This document shows, piece by piece, positions 9,987-19,743 of a stretch of 64,000 nucleotides of DNA. The DNA is from Spirochaetota bacterium. GTDB lineage: Bacteria; Spirochaetota; UBA4802; JAFGJZ01. The notes under the pieces are model-generated. The model searched no databases. It saw nothing but the letters and a program-made list of their open reading frames with translations, and had not been told where the DNA came from. Made by a program: the position numbers and the translations under genes. The stretch is from assembly GCA_016928815.1 (NCBI GenBank), contig JAFGJZ010000132.1:12947-76946 (forward strand), written 5' to 3'. Each line of letters starts with the position of its first letter. Position 1 is the stretch's first letter.

Positions 9987-12569
9987 ATGAGAATGGACAA
10001 GTTGACTCTTAAGGCTCAGGATTTAATTGCAGACGCCCAGAATATTGCCACGGAAAATAATCATTATGAAATTCAGCCGGAACATCTTTTAAATGCCGTA
10101 ATTCAGCAGCAGGGCGGAATTTTCAATTCGATTTCTCAGAAAATCGGTGTCGCCTCGGACTACATTCTTCAGGAGACCAGAAAAGCAGTAGCAAATCTTC
10201 CGAGGCAGACAGGAGGAGGACCCGGCGGTGCGCAGATGTCTCAGCGTCTTCGTGAGATTCTGAACGAAGCATGGAACGAGGCAGTCAGAATGAAAGATGA
10301 TTATCTCAGTTCTGAACATCTGATACTGGCACTTGCAACTTTAAAGGATACGGCGGCTTTCAGAATTTTAAATCACAACGGAATGACGCGTGATAACATA
10401 CTCCGCGTTTTGATAGATATCCGGGGTGACAAACGCATTACGGATGAAAACGCGGAAGATAAATATAATTCGCTTGAGAAGTATGCAAAGGACCTTACAA
10501 AATACGCCCAGAACAGCAAACTGGATCCTGTAATAGGTCGCGATGAGGAAATACGGCGTATTATGCAGGTTCTTACACGCCGTACAAAAAACAATCCCGT
10601 ACTGATCGGGGAACCGGGAGTAGGCAAGACAGCTGTTGTAGAGGGACTTGCTCAGAGAATAGTATCCGGTGATGTGCCGGAATCACTGAAAGGGAAAACG
10701 ATTGCGGCGCTGGATATGGGAGCGCTTATTGCCGGTGCTAAATTCAGGGGAGAATTTGAAGAAAGACTGAAGAGCGTCATAGATGATGTTGAAAATTCGG
10801 AAGGGAATATAATCCTATTTATTGATGAACTTCATACTCTGGTAGGCGCCGGAGCAAGTGAAGGATCTGTTGATGCTTCGAACATGCTGAAGCCTGCACT
10901 GGCCCGCGGTGAGTTAAGATGCATCGGTGCAACTACATATAATGAGTACCAGAAATACATTGAGAAGGACAAGGCGCTAGAGCGCCGCTTTCAGCCTGTT
11001 TTTACAAAGGAACCCTCAGTTGAAGATACGATTGCCATACTCCGCGGACTGAAAGAGAAGTATGAAGTCCATCATGGTGTAAGAATTGCGGATTCGGCTG
11101 TCGTTGCAGCTGCAACTTTATCCGACAGATATATTACAGACAGGTTTCTTCCTGATAAAGCCGTAGACCTTATTGATGAAGCCGCTTCTCACATAAAAAT
11201 GGAAATAGACTCAATGCCGACAGAGATAGATGACATTGAAAGAAAAATCCGTCAGCTTGCGATTGAACAGCAGGCTGTAAAAAGGGAAAAAGATGCTGTT
11301 TCCATTGAACATCTTGCGCGTATTGAGGATGATCTTGCCAATTTGAATGAAATTAAAAACAGTCTGGTTGCTCAATGGACTACTGAAAAGGAAATCATAG
11401 CCGGAATAAGACGCGCAAAAGAAGAAATTGACGCTCTACGGGTTGATGAACAGCGTGCTGAAAGAGAGGGTAACCTTTCCCGTGTTGCAGAAATAAGATA
11501 TGGTAAAATTACTGAACTTGAAAATTTCATAAAAGTTCAGCAGATATCTCTTCAGGAAGTGCAGAAAGAAAGAAAACTTCTTACAGAGGAGGTGACTGAA
11601 GAGGAAATTGCTTCTATTGTCTCCCGCTGGACAGGAATACCTGTATCCCGTATGCTTGAAGGTGAACGGGAAAAGCTTATAAAAATGGAGAAAATTCTCG
11701 AGCACCGTGTCGTCGGCCAGCATCAGGCAATTGCTGCACTTTCGGAGGCTGTCAGACGTTCCCGTTCCGGACTGCAGGATCCGGACAAACCTGTCGGTAC
11801 TTTTATTTTTCTTGGACCGACAGGTGTCGGTAAAACTGAAATAGCCAAAGCGGTGGCGGAATTTCTGTTCAGTGATGAACATGCTGTCATCCGTATTGAT
11901 ATGTCCGAATATATGGAAAAGCATGCAGTTGCCAGACTTATCGGTGCACCTCCGGGATATGTCGGCTATGATGAAGGAGGTCAGCTTACTGAAGCTGTAA
12001 GGAGACGTCCGTACTCTGTAATTCTTTTTGATGAAATTGAAAAAGCTCATGGAGACGTATTTAATATTTTCCTTCAGATTCTTGATGAAGGCAGGCTTAC
12101 CGACAGTAAGGGAAGAACCGTCGATTTTAAAAATTCCATTATCATAATGACGTCAAATATAGGAACTTCCTATATCGGAGATACGTCAATTCCGGAAAAA
12201 GAACGTTTTGAAGGAGTGCAGAAGGAATTACGGCTGCATTTCAAACCTGAATTTATAAACCGTGTAGATGACATAATTATTTTCAACCCGTTGGGTGAAG
12301 CAAATATTAAGGATATCGTTAAAATTCAGCTTTCGGAGTTTGCTCTAAGGCTGAAAAAGCAGAACGGCATTGAATTTGAAATAAGCCAGAAAGCTCTGGA
12401 TAAAATAGCCGAAGTCGGATATGATCCCCAGTTCGGAGCAAGGCCGGTAAAACGTGCCATTCAGAATTATATTCTGAATCCGATGTCCTTAAAAATTCTT
12501 AACGGTGAAATATCCTCCGACCGGAAAGTATTAATTACGATTAAAGACGGACTTTTTGTTTTTAAATGA
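9987..12569 (+). CDS. clpB: ATP-dependent chaperone ClpB
   Basis: 860 aa with two AAA+ modules (Walker A motifs GEPGVGKT and GPTGVGKT), a long coiled-coil middle domain and an N-terminal Clp_N repeat. GGAG RBS. Confidence 0.92.
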   Translation: MRMDKLTLKAQDLIADAQNIATENNHYEIQPEHLLNAVIQQQGGIFNSISQKIGVASDYILQETRKAVANLPRQTGGGPGGAQMSQRLREILNEAWNEAVRMKDDYLSSEHLILALATLKDTAAFRILNHNGMTRDNILRVLIDIRGDKRITDENAEDKYNSLEKYAKDLTKYAQNSKLDPVIGRDEEIRRIMQVLTRRTKNNPVLIGEPGVGKTAVVEGLAQRIVSGDVPESLKGKTIAALDMGALIAGAKFRGEFEERLKSVIDDVENSEGNIILFIDELHTLVGAGASEGSVDASNMLKPALARGELRCIGATTYNEYQKYIEKDKALERRFQPVFTKEPSVEDTIAILRGLKEKYEVHHGVRIADSAVVAAATLSDRYITDRFLPDKAVDLIDEAASHIKMEIDSMPTEIDDIERKIRQLAIEQQAVKREKDAVSIEHLARIEDDLANLNEIKNSLVAQWTTEKEIIAGIRRAKEEIDALRVDEQRAEREGNLSRVAEIRYGKITELENFIKVQQISLQEVQKERKLLTEEVTEEEIASIVSRWTGIPVSRMLEGEREKLIKMEKILEHRVVGQHQAIAALSEAVRRSRSGLQDPDKPVGTFIFLGPTGVGKTEIAKAVAEFLFSDEHAVIRIDMSEYMEKHAVARLIGAPPGYVGYDEGGQLTEAVRRRPYSVILFDEIEKAHGDVFNIFLQILDEGRLTDSKGRTVDFKNSIIIMTSNIGTSYIGDTSIPEKERFEGVQKELRLHFKPEFINRVDDIIIFNPLGEANIKDIVKIQLSEFALRLKKQNGIEFEISQKALDKIAEVGYDPQFGARPVKRAIQNYILNPMSLKILNGEISSDRKVLITIKDGLFVFK

Positions 12570-14620
12570 AAAATCCGGATAAATTACGGAAAGAAATTTT
12601 AAACAGGCTGCTGCCGGCATTGCTGCTGTTTATGCCATTGGGTCTTTCAGCTGAAAATACTAAAACAATAGATATTAATAATCTGCAGTACAGTCCAGGT
12701 TTGATTCATGATTCCTGTGAATCCGCGCTGACAAGGACTTACAGACCTTTGAGCAGTACCCTTCAGATGGAAAAACTTCTTTCTGACGGCACAGACGTTA
12801 TCTGGATTAAATCCGAATTTAACCTGCCGCCTGATCTGATCGGCAAGAAACTTGCGGTTCTTACCGGTAAAATAATCATGGCGGATGAGATCTATCTTAA
12901 TGGGCATCTCATTGGAAAAAACGGATCCATGAGTCCGAAAGTATACAATAACTGGAATCATTACAGATATTATACTGTAGAAAGAGGAATGAGCCGGGAT
13001 AGGAATATTCTTCTGATTAAAGCATTCGGTGTGGATGAAATTGATATCAGGGGCAAAATAAAAATCGGATTAAGAACTGATCTTGAAAAAGAATACAAAA
13101 TGATGCATTTTTTTACTGAACAACTGAATTTTCATATTACCATTCTGCTTCTCAGTTTTTCCATTTTCCCTTTTGTTACCTGGATTCAGAATAAAAAACG
13201 TACGGATGCGCTTTATTTTACGCTTGTAGTTGTTTTTTACTCCATTTTCAGCACGAATTATTTTACAAGTATGCTTTTTGATACCTCCGAACCGCCGATA
13301 GATAATCTTCTGCAGCAGCAGATAACATTTATATCTCTTAATTTTACGATACTTTTTCTTTTTTTAATGATGAGAAGTTTTCTGAAACAGAAAAAAAATC
13401 ATGCAGTTACCGCCGCGGCATGGGCGGTTGCATCCGTAATAAATATGTTTTATGTTTTTTCACCGGATTATGCGTTTTTTAAAACCGTCAGAATATTTTC
13501 ATACATCCCTATTTTTTCTGTTTTTGCATTATTGATATTTCTTGTTGTTAAGGAAATTTTCAGGAAAAATCCGGAAGCTGTCCTTTTCTCTTTATGTCTC
13601 ATTCCAATGTTCATCATCATGATTCATGATATGGTTTTCAGTATGAGTGCAATTTACCGATGGAATTTGTCGCCGCTCATTTCATTTGACGGCGGCACCA
13701 TATATTTTATGTCATATGGAGGTTCACTGTTTCTGATTGTATTTTCATTGATTGCAACGCTCAGGTATACAAACAATCTGAAAACAATCGAGAACATGAA
13801 CCGTTCTCTTGAAAAAAAAATTCAGGAAAGAACGAATGAACTTTTTCTTGAAAAAAATAAACTTGAAAACATGAATTACAGAATGCTTAAAGAACTTGAT
13901 CTTGCCAGAAAGATTCAGGAGCAGCTTATGCCTGCTTACAGTCCGGCCGAGTTCATTTCATCATTTTATTTTCCGGTAAGCCAGGTCGGCGGAGATCTGT
14001 ATGAATTCATTGAATTTGATGACGGCCGTATCGGAATTTTCATCAGTGATGTTTCCGGGCATGGAGTGCCTTCAGCTTTTATTACACTCATGATCAAGGC
14101 TATTCTGCTTGAAACGGGGAATAAAATAGACGACCCGTCAGTTATTCTGGTGAAATTAAATAATATCCTTCATCAGAATACCGGCGGTCATTACATTACG
14201 GCAATATACGGAATATATGATCCGGAAATCAAATATTTCAGATATTCCACAGCAGGGCATTATCCTCCTCTGATATTGTCCGAAGACGGCTGTGTTTCAG
14301 TTGAAATTCAGCCTTCATATCCGCTTGCCATGATGAGTTCTGAAAAAATAAGGAAATCAAATAAGAATTTTCAGAATGCTAAACTTTTTTTAAAACCCGG
14401 AAATAAACTTTTACTTTTTACTGACGGTTTTATTGATGCAAAATCCGGAACAAATCCTGAAAAGATGTTTCAATATGAAAAGATGAACGAGGTTCTGATG
14501 AAGCATTCAAAGCTGAGAAGCCGGGAATTTACGGATGCAGTATATGCCGATCTGAACAGTTTTGCAGGAAAAAACAGTTTTGATGATGACATCTGTTTCA
14601 TATGTATTGATGTGCTCTGA
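12566..14620 (+). CDS. 7TMR-DISM sensor with C-terminal PP2C/SpoIIE-type serine phosphatase domain
   Basis: Signal peptide, an extracellular domain of about 150 aa, seven hydrophobic helices, and a C-terminal PP2C core (GDLYEF...[14 protein letters not shown]...FTDGFIDA). Its ATGA start overlaps the clpB stop. Confidence 0.65.
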   Translation: MKNPDKLRKEILNRLLPALLLFMPLGLSAENTKTIDINNLQYSPGLIHDSCESALTRTYRPLSSTLQMEKLLSDGTDVIWIKSEFNLPPDLIGKKLAVLTGKIIMADEIYLNGHLIGKNGSMSPKVYNNWNHYRYYTVERGMSRDRNILLIKAFGVDEIDIRGKIKIGLRTDLEKEYKMMHFFTEQLNFHITILLLSFSIFPFVTWIQNKKRTDALYFTLVVVFYSIFSTNYFTSMLFDTSEPPIDNLLQQQITFISLNFTILFLFLMMRSFLKQKKNHAVTAAAWAVASVINMFYVFSPDYAFFKTVRIFSYIPIFSVFALLIFLVVKEIFRKNPEAVLFSLCLIPMFIIMIHDMVFSMSAIYRWNLSPLISFDGGTIYFMSYGGSLFLIVFSLIATLRYTNNLKTIENMNRSLEKKIQERTNELFLEKNKLENMNYRMLKELDLARKIQEQLMPAYSPAEFISSFYFPVSQVGGDLYEFIEFDDGRIGIFISDVSGHGVPSAFITLMIKAILLETGNKIDDPSVILVKLNNILHQNTGGHYITAIYGIYDPEIKYFRYSTAGHYPPLILSEDGCVSVEIQPSYPLAMMSSEKIRKSNKNFQNAKLFLKPGNKLLLFTDGFIDAKSGTNPEKMFQYEKMNEVLMKHSKLRSREFTDAVYADLNSFAGKNSFDDDICFICIDVL

Positions 14621-14642
14621 ACTGATCTGTTAATCTGTTTTT

Positions 14643-15911
14643 CTACCGGACAATGTTCCGCATTACCATCTGTATGTTGTGTCTGCTTTTTTCTTCAAGC
14701 AGGATGTCTTTGTTGACCGTTACCCTTTCAATTGTCTTCTGATCATAATGCCTGATTGTAACAAGTTCAAGACTGTTGTTGTATTTGACTGTAAATTTTT
14801 CAGACAATCTGTTTATGAAAACCGGTATTTTACGTTCGTCATCATTTACACAAAGAGAAAAGCTCATTGCCGTATTCTGCATGACATTAATTTTAATGTT
14901 AAGTTCTGCCAGAATCTGGAAAATATCCCGAAGATTTTCTTCACCTATAAATGAAAAATCTTTCGGAGAAATCGTAAAAAGCACCTGGTTGATTTTGAAA
15001 ATGAATGAAGGAACGGGAAGTCCCTGCGTATCTGATGTTATGATTGTGCCTTCAGATTCCGGATTGAGGAATGATTTTACATATAAAGGAATATGTTTGT
15101 TGTGAAGCGGCTTAATGGTTTTAGGGTGAATGACGCTTGCTCCGTAATATGCAAGCTCGGTCGCATCATAATACGACATCCTGTCGATTTTTACCGTGTC
15201 GTCAAACCATTTCGGATCAGCATTGAGAACGCCGGGTACATCCTTCCATATCGTTACATCCGAGCAGTCAAGCGAAAAGGCCAGAATGGCTGCTGAAAAG
15301 TCACTTCCCTCACGTCCGAGAGTGGTTGATATGCCTTCAACGGTAGATCCAATGAAACCCTGAGTTATGTAAATTCGAGATTTGGAGAAGTCAACGGCTG
15401 ATTTTGTAAGCACTGATGTCGTTTCCCAGATAATCTGTGCGTCCCTGTATCTGTTTGATGTCTTGATGATGCTGCGTGCGTCAATCCATGTGCAGTTTAT
15501 TGAAATGCTGTTAAGATAGGCGCTGACTATCAGAGTGGAAATAATTTCGCCGATACAAACTATCTGATCATATTCATAATCATAACTTGCCGATGATTTT
15601 TTCTGCAGCTTGATTTCAAGTTCTTCAAAGACGTTTTCAAGTTCGGTAAAAACCGGTGTCAGCCTGTCAGGAAAAAGTTCTTCCGCAATATCCAGATGGT
15701 ATTTCTTAATCTGATTAAGTTTTCCTGAAAAATCATTTTTCTGATCAAAATAGGATATGAGAATTTCTTCAAGTGCGTTTGTGGTTTTCCCCATTGCAGA
15801 AATTACAATGCCCAGGTTTTCTTCAGGGTAAAGTTTTATAACCTCAGCTACGTTTCTTACGGCATCAGCATTTTTAACTGAAGCCCCGCCGAATTTGAAT
15901 ATTTTTGACAT
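14643..15911 (-). CDS. aspartate kinase (monofunctional, long ACT-domain type)
   Basis: N-terminal KFGGASV...VISAMGKTTNAL kinase signature. C-terminal regulatory ACT-like region. Confidence 0.75.
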   Translation of the reverse strand: MSKIFKFGGASVKNADAVRNVAEVIKLYPEENLGIVISAMGKTTNALEEILISYFDQKNDFSGKLNQIKKYHLDIAEELFPDRLTPVFTELENVFEELEIKLQKKSSASYDYEYDQIVCIGEIISTLIVSAYLNSISINCTWIDARSIIKTSNRYRDAQIIWETTSVLTKSAVDFSKSRIYITQGFIGSTVEGISTTLGREGSDFSAAILAFSLDCSDVTIWKDVPGVLNADPKWFDDTVKIDRMSYYDATELAYYGASVIHPKTIKPLHNKHIPLYVKSFLNPESEGTIITSDTQGLPVPSFIFKINQVLFTISPKDFSFIGEENLRDIFQILAELNIKINVMQNTAMSFSLCVNDDERKIPVFINRLSEKFTVKYNNSLELVTIRHYDQKTIERVTVNKDILLEEKSRHNIQMVMRNIVR

Positions 15912-16077
15912 AATTTTACCGCCTTTATTCTGCTGAAAATGAAATATTCAGTTTTTTTTGTAAATCAGAATAAAAAATTTTTTAAATTCCGTAAATATTG
16001 TTAATTTTATGTAAAGATGGAATAATTACATGTCGAATCATGTTTATGCGCTAAATAACTCCATTAAGGAATACTGA

Positions 16078-16446
16078 ATGAAGAATGAAATGCAGCTGGT
16101 TGAGCTTTTTAACAATACTGACTATAAATCACTTACTTTTGCCTCTTTTTTCGATAATGATTTCATCAGTAAATCGGCAATAATAACAATTGATTCCGAA
16201 AACCAGCTTATAGATTTTTCTCTTACGTCTGAGAATCATGGTGTTCTGAGATGGGTAAACGGAGAAGGAATTATCGAGTGCGGATCATGGGACAGCATGG
16301 AAGAAGGAAGTGCGTCTCTGCCGATTGATGAACTTCTGGCGGAAGATGTACTGAGAGATCTTCCTGATGAAGATTTGAAAGTATATCTTAAACGTGCTCT
16401 GAAAACAAAAACTTTTACTGAAGTTCTGGATATTGATTTTGATTAG
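16078..16446 (+). CDS. small acidic hypothetical protein
   Basis: 122 aa with an AAGGA RBS. No recognisable motif. Its 3' end overlaps the convergent dus gene by about 32 nt. Confidence 0.3.
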   Translation: MKNEMQLVELFNNTDYKSLTFASFFDNDFISKSAIITIDSENQLIDFSLTSENHGVLRWVNGEGIIECGSWDSMEEGSASLPIDELLAEDVLRDLPDEDLKVYLKRALKTKTFTEVLDIDFD

Positions 16447-17410
16447 TTCTCTGAAAACTGTTTTCAATTTCAGGACATGAACTGAAAATTTCGTTAATCA
16501 TACAGAGGAAATTTTTTTTCGAATGGACCTTGCGGAGTTTTTTAAAAAATTTTTTCCCGTCTTTGAATATGCCGCTTTGATAAAGCCAGAGTTCCTTCAT
16601 TTTGTCAAGATAATGGCTGTCTCCTGAAAGACGGCTGCTGTATGCCTCAGACATGTCATCAATGAAATTTTTCAGACGCGTAAGTTTTTCTGAATGATTG
16701 ATTTCTTTTCCGCCGGCAATCTCCTCGGCAAGAAAAGGATTTCTCAGAATTCCGCGTCCGATCATCACTCCCGGGGCATCAGTTATGTTAATAACGTGAT
16801 TATAGTCTTCAATGGAGCATATATCCCCGTTAAAAATTAAAGGGTTTGATGAAATTGTGATGAATCTGCAGAATATGCCGGTATCTGCAACACCTTCATA
16901 TTTCTGTTCCAGCGTTCTCGGATGTACTATTATTTCTGAAAAACGGAATTTGTTATACACTGCTGACATTTCGATCAGCTCGTCATGGTAACGTATGCCG
17001 CTGCGGATTTTCAGGGATAAAGGTTTATTGAGCCGTCCGCTGATTTCAGAAAAAAATTTTTCCGGAATTGAAGGGTTTTGCAGCATTCCGGATCCCCGGC
17101 CCTTGTTTGCTACGGTCGGTGAAGGGCACCCCATGTTCAGATTTATTTCTTTAAAACCCTCTTCAAACAGGAAATTTGCCGTTTCAATGAAACTTTCAGG
17201 GTTTGAAGAAATCAGCTGCGGAACAACCTCGATGCCGTTTATTTCCGGCGGTAAAATTTTCTGTAATGGAAATGACCGGTGCTTTTTTTCTATATCCGCC
17301 TGTTCGAATGGAGTAAACATTTTGGAAATTCCGCTGAAATGAGAGGAAAAAATTGTTCTGTATGTTCTGTCTGTTATGCCCTGTATCGGGGCAAGATAAA
17401 TTGCCGTCAT
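16415..17410 (-). CDS. tRNA-dihydrouridine synthase (Dus family, FMN TIM-barrel)
   Basis: LAPIQGITD...NLNMGCPSPTV...GRGSGMLQ motifs typical of DusA/B/C. Start trimmed to MTAIYLAP at 17410, which has an AGGAAGG RBS. Confidence 0.75.
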   Translation of the reverse strand: MTAIYLAPIQGITDRTYRTIFSSHFSGISKMFTPFEQADIEKKHRSFPLQKILPPEINGIEVVPQLISSNPESFIETANFLFEEGFKEINLNMGCPSPTVANKGRGSGMLQNPSIPEKFFSEISGRLNKPLSLKIRSGIRYHDELIEMSAVYNKFRFSEIIVHPRTLEQKYEGVADTGIFCRFITISSNPLIFNGDICSIEDYNHVINITDAPGVMIGRGILRNPFLAEEIAGGKEINHSEKLTRLKNFIDDMSEAYSSRLSGDSHYLDKMKELWLYQSGIFKDGKKFFKKLRKVHSKKNFLCMINEIFSSCPEIENSFQRTNQNQYPELQ

Positions 17411-17624
17411 AAAACCTTCCTGATGATATGCCGACTTTTTCAACAAAGGGATAAAATGCAACAGTTAATTTATGAAAATTCTCTTTTGCTGTAAATGATG
17501 AACTGAATTGCTGGCGGAATGTTTAATTGCATAAATATAAAATTTTTCTAATTTGAACTTTACGGTTTTAATGAAATGTGATGTAATCAGATAATAAAAT
17601 TATATGAAGTAAAAGAAGGATAAA

Positions 17625-18077
17625 ATGAAAAATCCGAATAAACAATGGCGTCTGGTTTTTAACTTGATAATTCTGGGTCTATTGGTTTTTTCATCCGGAT
17701 GCATCAGTTTTAAGCCGGCATATGAAAAAGATGATGTAATTACCGGAAATTGGGATCAGTACATGCTTACAGGTAAAGATTATATCTATGGAGGAACCTT
17801 TTCCGTGACTTTTTCCGATGGTAAATATTCAATGAAATATGTAAAGCAGCGGGATGATGTCGTTATTTATACTGAATCCGGAGTAATAGGTATAATTAAT
17901 TCATCAGACCTGTTTGACATTTCATTTACAAAAGGAGTCTGGCGGTTCAGTTCAGACTGGGGATCAGGAAATATTGGTGAATTCAGGCTTATAATGAAAA
18001 GCAGGGATATCTTTGAAGGATGGTCATATCTTAATGGTGAAAAAAGAACGAGCAATTTATGGATACGGTCAAAATGA
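17625..18077 (+). CDS. lipoprotein, hypothetical
   Basis: Signal with lipobox FSSGC. AAGAAGGA RBS. Confidence 0.4.
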   Translation: MKNPNKQWRLVFNLIILGLLVFSSGCISFKPAYEKDDVITGNWDQYMLTGKDYIYGGTFSVTFSDGKYSMKYVKQRDDVVIYTESGVIGIINSSDLFDISFTKGVWRFSSDWGSGNIGEFRLIMKSRDIFEGWSYLNGEKRTSNLWIRSK

Positions 18078-18472
18078 TTCTGCTTAGTTGATTGAAACCA
18101 GGTTTTTCTGATTATAATGCTGTGTATCCATGTTTTATTTATCATACAATATGGAAAACGTTTAAATCTGCAATTTTTATGAACAGTTATTCACTTATTT
18201 TTTATTAATTAAATGTAAAAATAATAAAAATATCGGTTTTTGTACCGTTTTTTGTCTTGAATTTTCTTTAATAATATGTATTATATAAATTATAAATATT
18301 GCAAAAAGTCCTGAATAACTATTTAAACAGGTCGCATTGTTTTAGAAATTTCACATTCGTTCGGTGCGAAAATACTTATTCACTGGATTTGAATTCTGCA
18401 AAAGGCATGTTCTTTCTGTCTTCTCCGGAATTTTTTTGTGTTTTATTTTAAATTTTAAACTGGAGAGTATTA

Positions 18473-19471
18473 ATGAAAAAATTTTTTGCTTTAATTGGAG
18501 TCGTTACTTTAATGCTGGTCGGAATGACTACATCAAATTTTGCTCAAAGTGCTAATGATCAATACGGATTTGGAAACAGAGTTTTTTTAATTCAGTCGGC
18601 ACTTGAGTCCGGTAAAACAGCTAATGGATTATGGGATGTTCCGGGAGTAGTGGATAATAAAGTTAAAGGACTGGCTCCTTCGAATGTGCTGCTTACCAAG
18701 AAAAATGTGGATTGGAAACAAATGACGGTATATCAGAGAGAACCGGGTGATCCGGCTGACAGAGTCTTTGTTTTTCAGCCCGGACAGGGCGGTTCTGCAG
18801 GAAAATATGCAATTAAGTTTGCAAAACATCCTAATTCCGGAGTTGTTGCAATTGTTTCAACCGGTAAAGTTGAAGCCCGTACAACAGCTAATTATTTTGA
18901 ATTTAAATACCTCGGAAACGGTAAATGGAAAATTTACACTCAGCCCGGAACTATCATATGTCTTGAAACTTCAAGTGCTAAAAACGGGACAAAACTAGTT
19001 TTAAGACCTGATCAGAACGGACCTCATACTGAATGGGTTTTCTATGATGCATCAACTAACCAGTCATTTATTCCGGTTGAGCAGTCTGCTCCGGAAAAAT
19101 CAGATCTGACTCTTGATCAGGTTCTCGGAAATGATAACCTTGCTCAGGAATATTTTTCAAAAGTTGACGCTGAAAAGTTTTTATCTGAAAATAATGAAAG
19201 TGTTCTTCAGACTGAACTTGGATACAGAAAGGCTATGGAACAGTGGAATTTTATTACTTATGCGGTCAGAGGGGTGAAGCTGAATAAGGATGTCAGGGCA
19301 AGAAGAGCAGCACTTACAGCAATCAGTTCTTCTGAAATTAAAAAAGGCGGTAATTTTGCAGAAAAGGTTCTTGCTACAAAAACAGCAGAAAATCTCACAA
19401 AAATAGCAGCAACTGAAAAAGATGAGATATGCAGAAAACTTATTAATGAAATAGCAGAAAAAATGGTGTAA
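18473..19471 (+). CDS. secreted beta-trefoil (ricin-B-like) lectin-domain protein, paralog of the next gene
   Basis: Signal peptide. FEFKYLGNGKWKIYTQPG...EWVFYD aligns with RFKYLENNRWKIYTSGG...EWYFVD in ORF 19744. Alpha-helical C-terminal tail. GGAGAG RBS. Confidence 0.45.
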   Translation: MKKFFALIGVVTLMLVGMTTSNFAQSANDQYGFGNRVFLIQSALESGKTANGLWDVPGVVDNKVKGLAPSNVLLTKKNVDWKQMTVYQREPGDPADRVFVFQPGQGGSAGKYAIKFAKHPNSGVVAIVSTGKVEARTTANYFEFKYLGNGKWKIYTQPGTIICLETSSAKNGTKLVLRPDQNGPHTEWVFYDASTNQSFIPVEQSAPEKSDLTLDQVLGNDNLAQEYFSKVDAEKFLSENNESVLQTELGYRKAMEQWNFITYAVRGVKLNKDVRARRAALTAISSSEIKKGGNFAEKVLATKTAENLTKIAATEKDEICRKLINEIAEKMV

Positions 19472-19743
19472 CGGAAAATGAAAACAAATACGTATCATGT
19501 ATTGCCTGTAATAGTTTGAAATACGTATGGATTTTCCGGATAAATGCTTTTTGAATAAACATTGCTGTATGAAATAATTAAATACAGCAGTGTTTATTAT
19601 ACTGCGGTTAGTTCCTATGTTCATGTTAATCTTAACTTCAAAAAATCAAGAAATTATAAATATTATAAGCGTATCATAAACGAAATCAATTAAGAGTTCG
19701 GTTGAATTAAACTGTTATTAAAAAAGTTGTTTGGAGAATAAGA

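Noticed and set aside
15912-16077. Possible lysine riboswitch or T-box leader for the aspartokinase.
   Set aside because: The spacer is only 166 nt and is shared with a divergent promoter. I could find no conserved L-box or T-box sequence elements.
18364-18555. 63-aa ORF upstream of and overlapping the lectin gene start.
   Set aside because: AT-rich promoter region, no RBS, and it overlaps a well-supported start at 18473.
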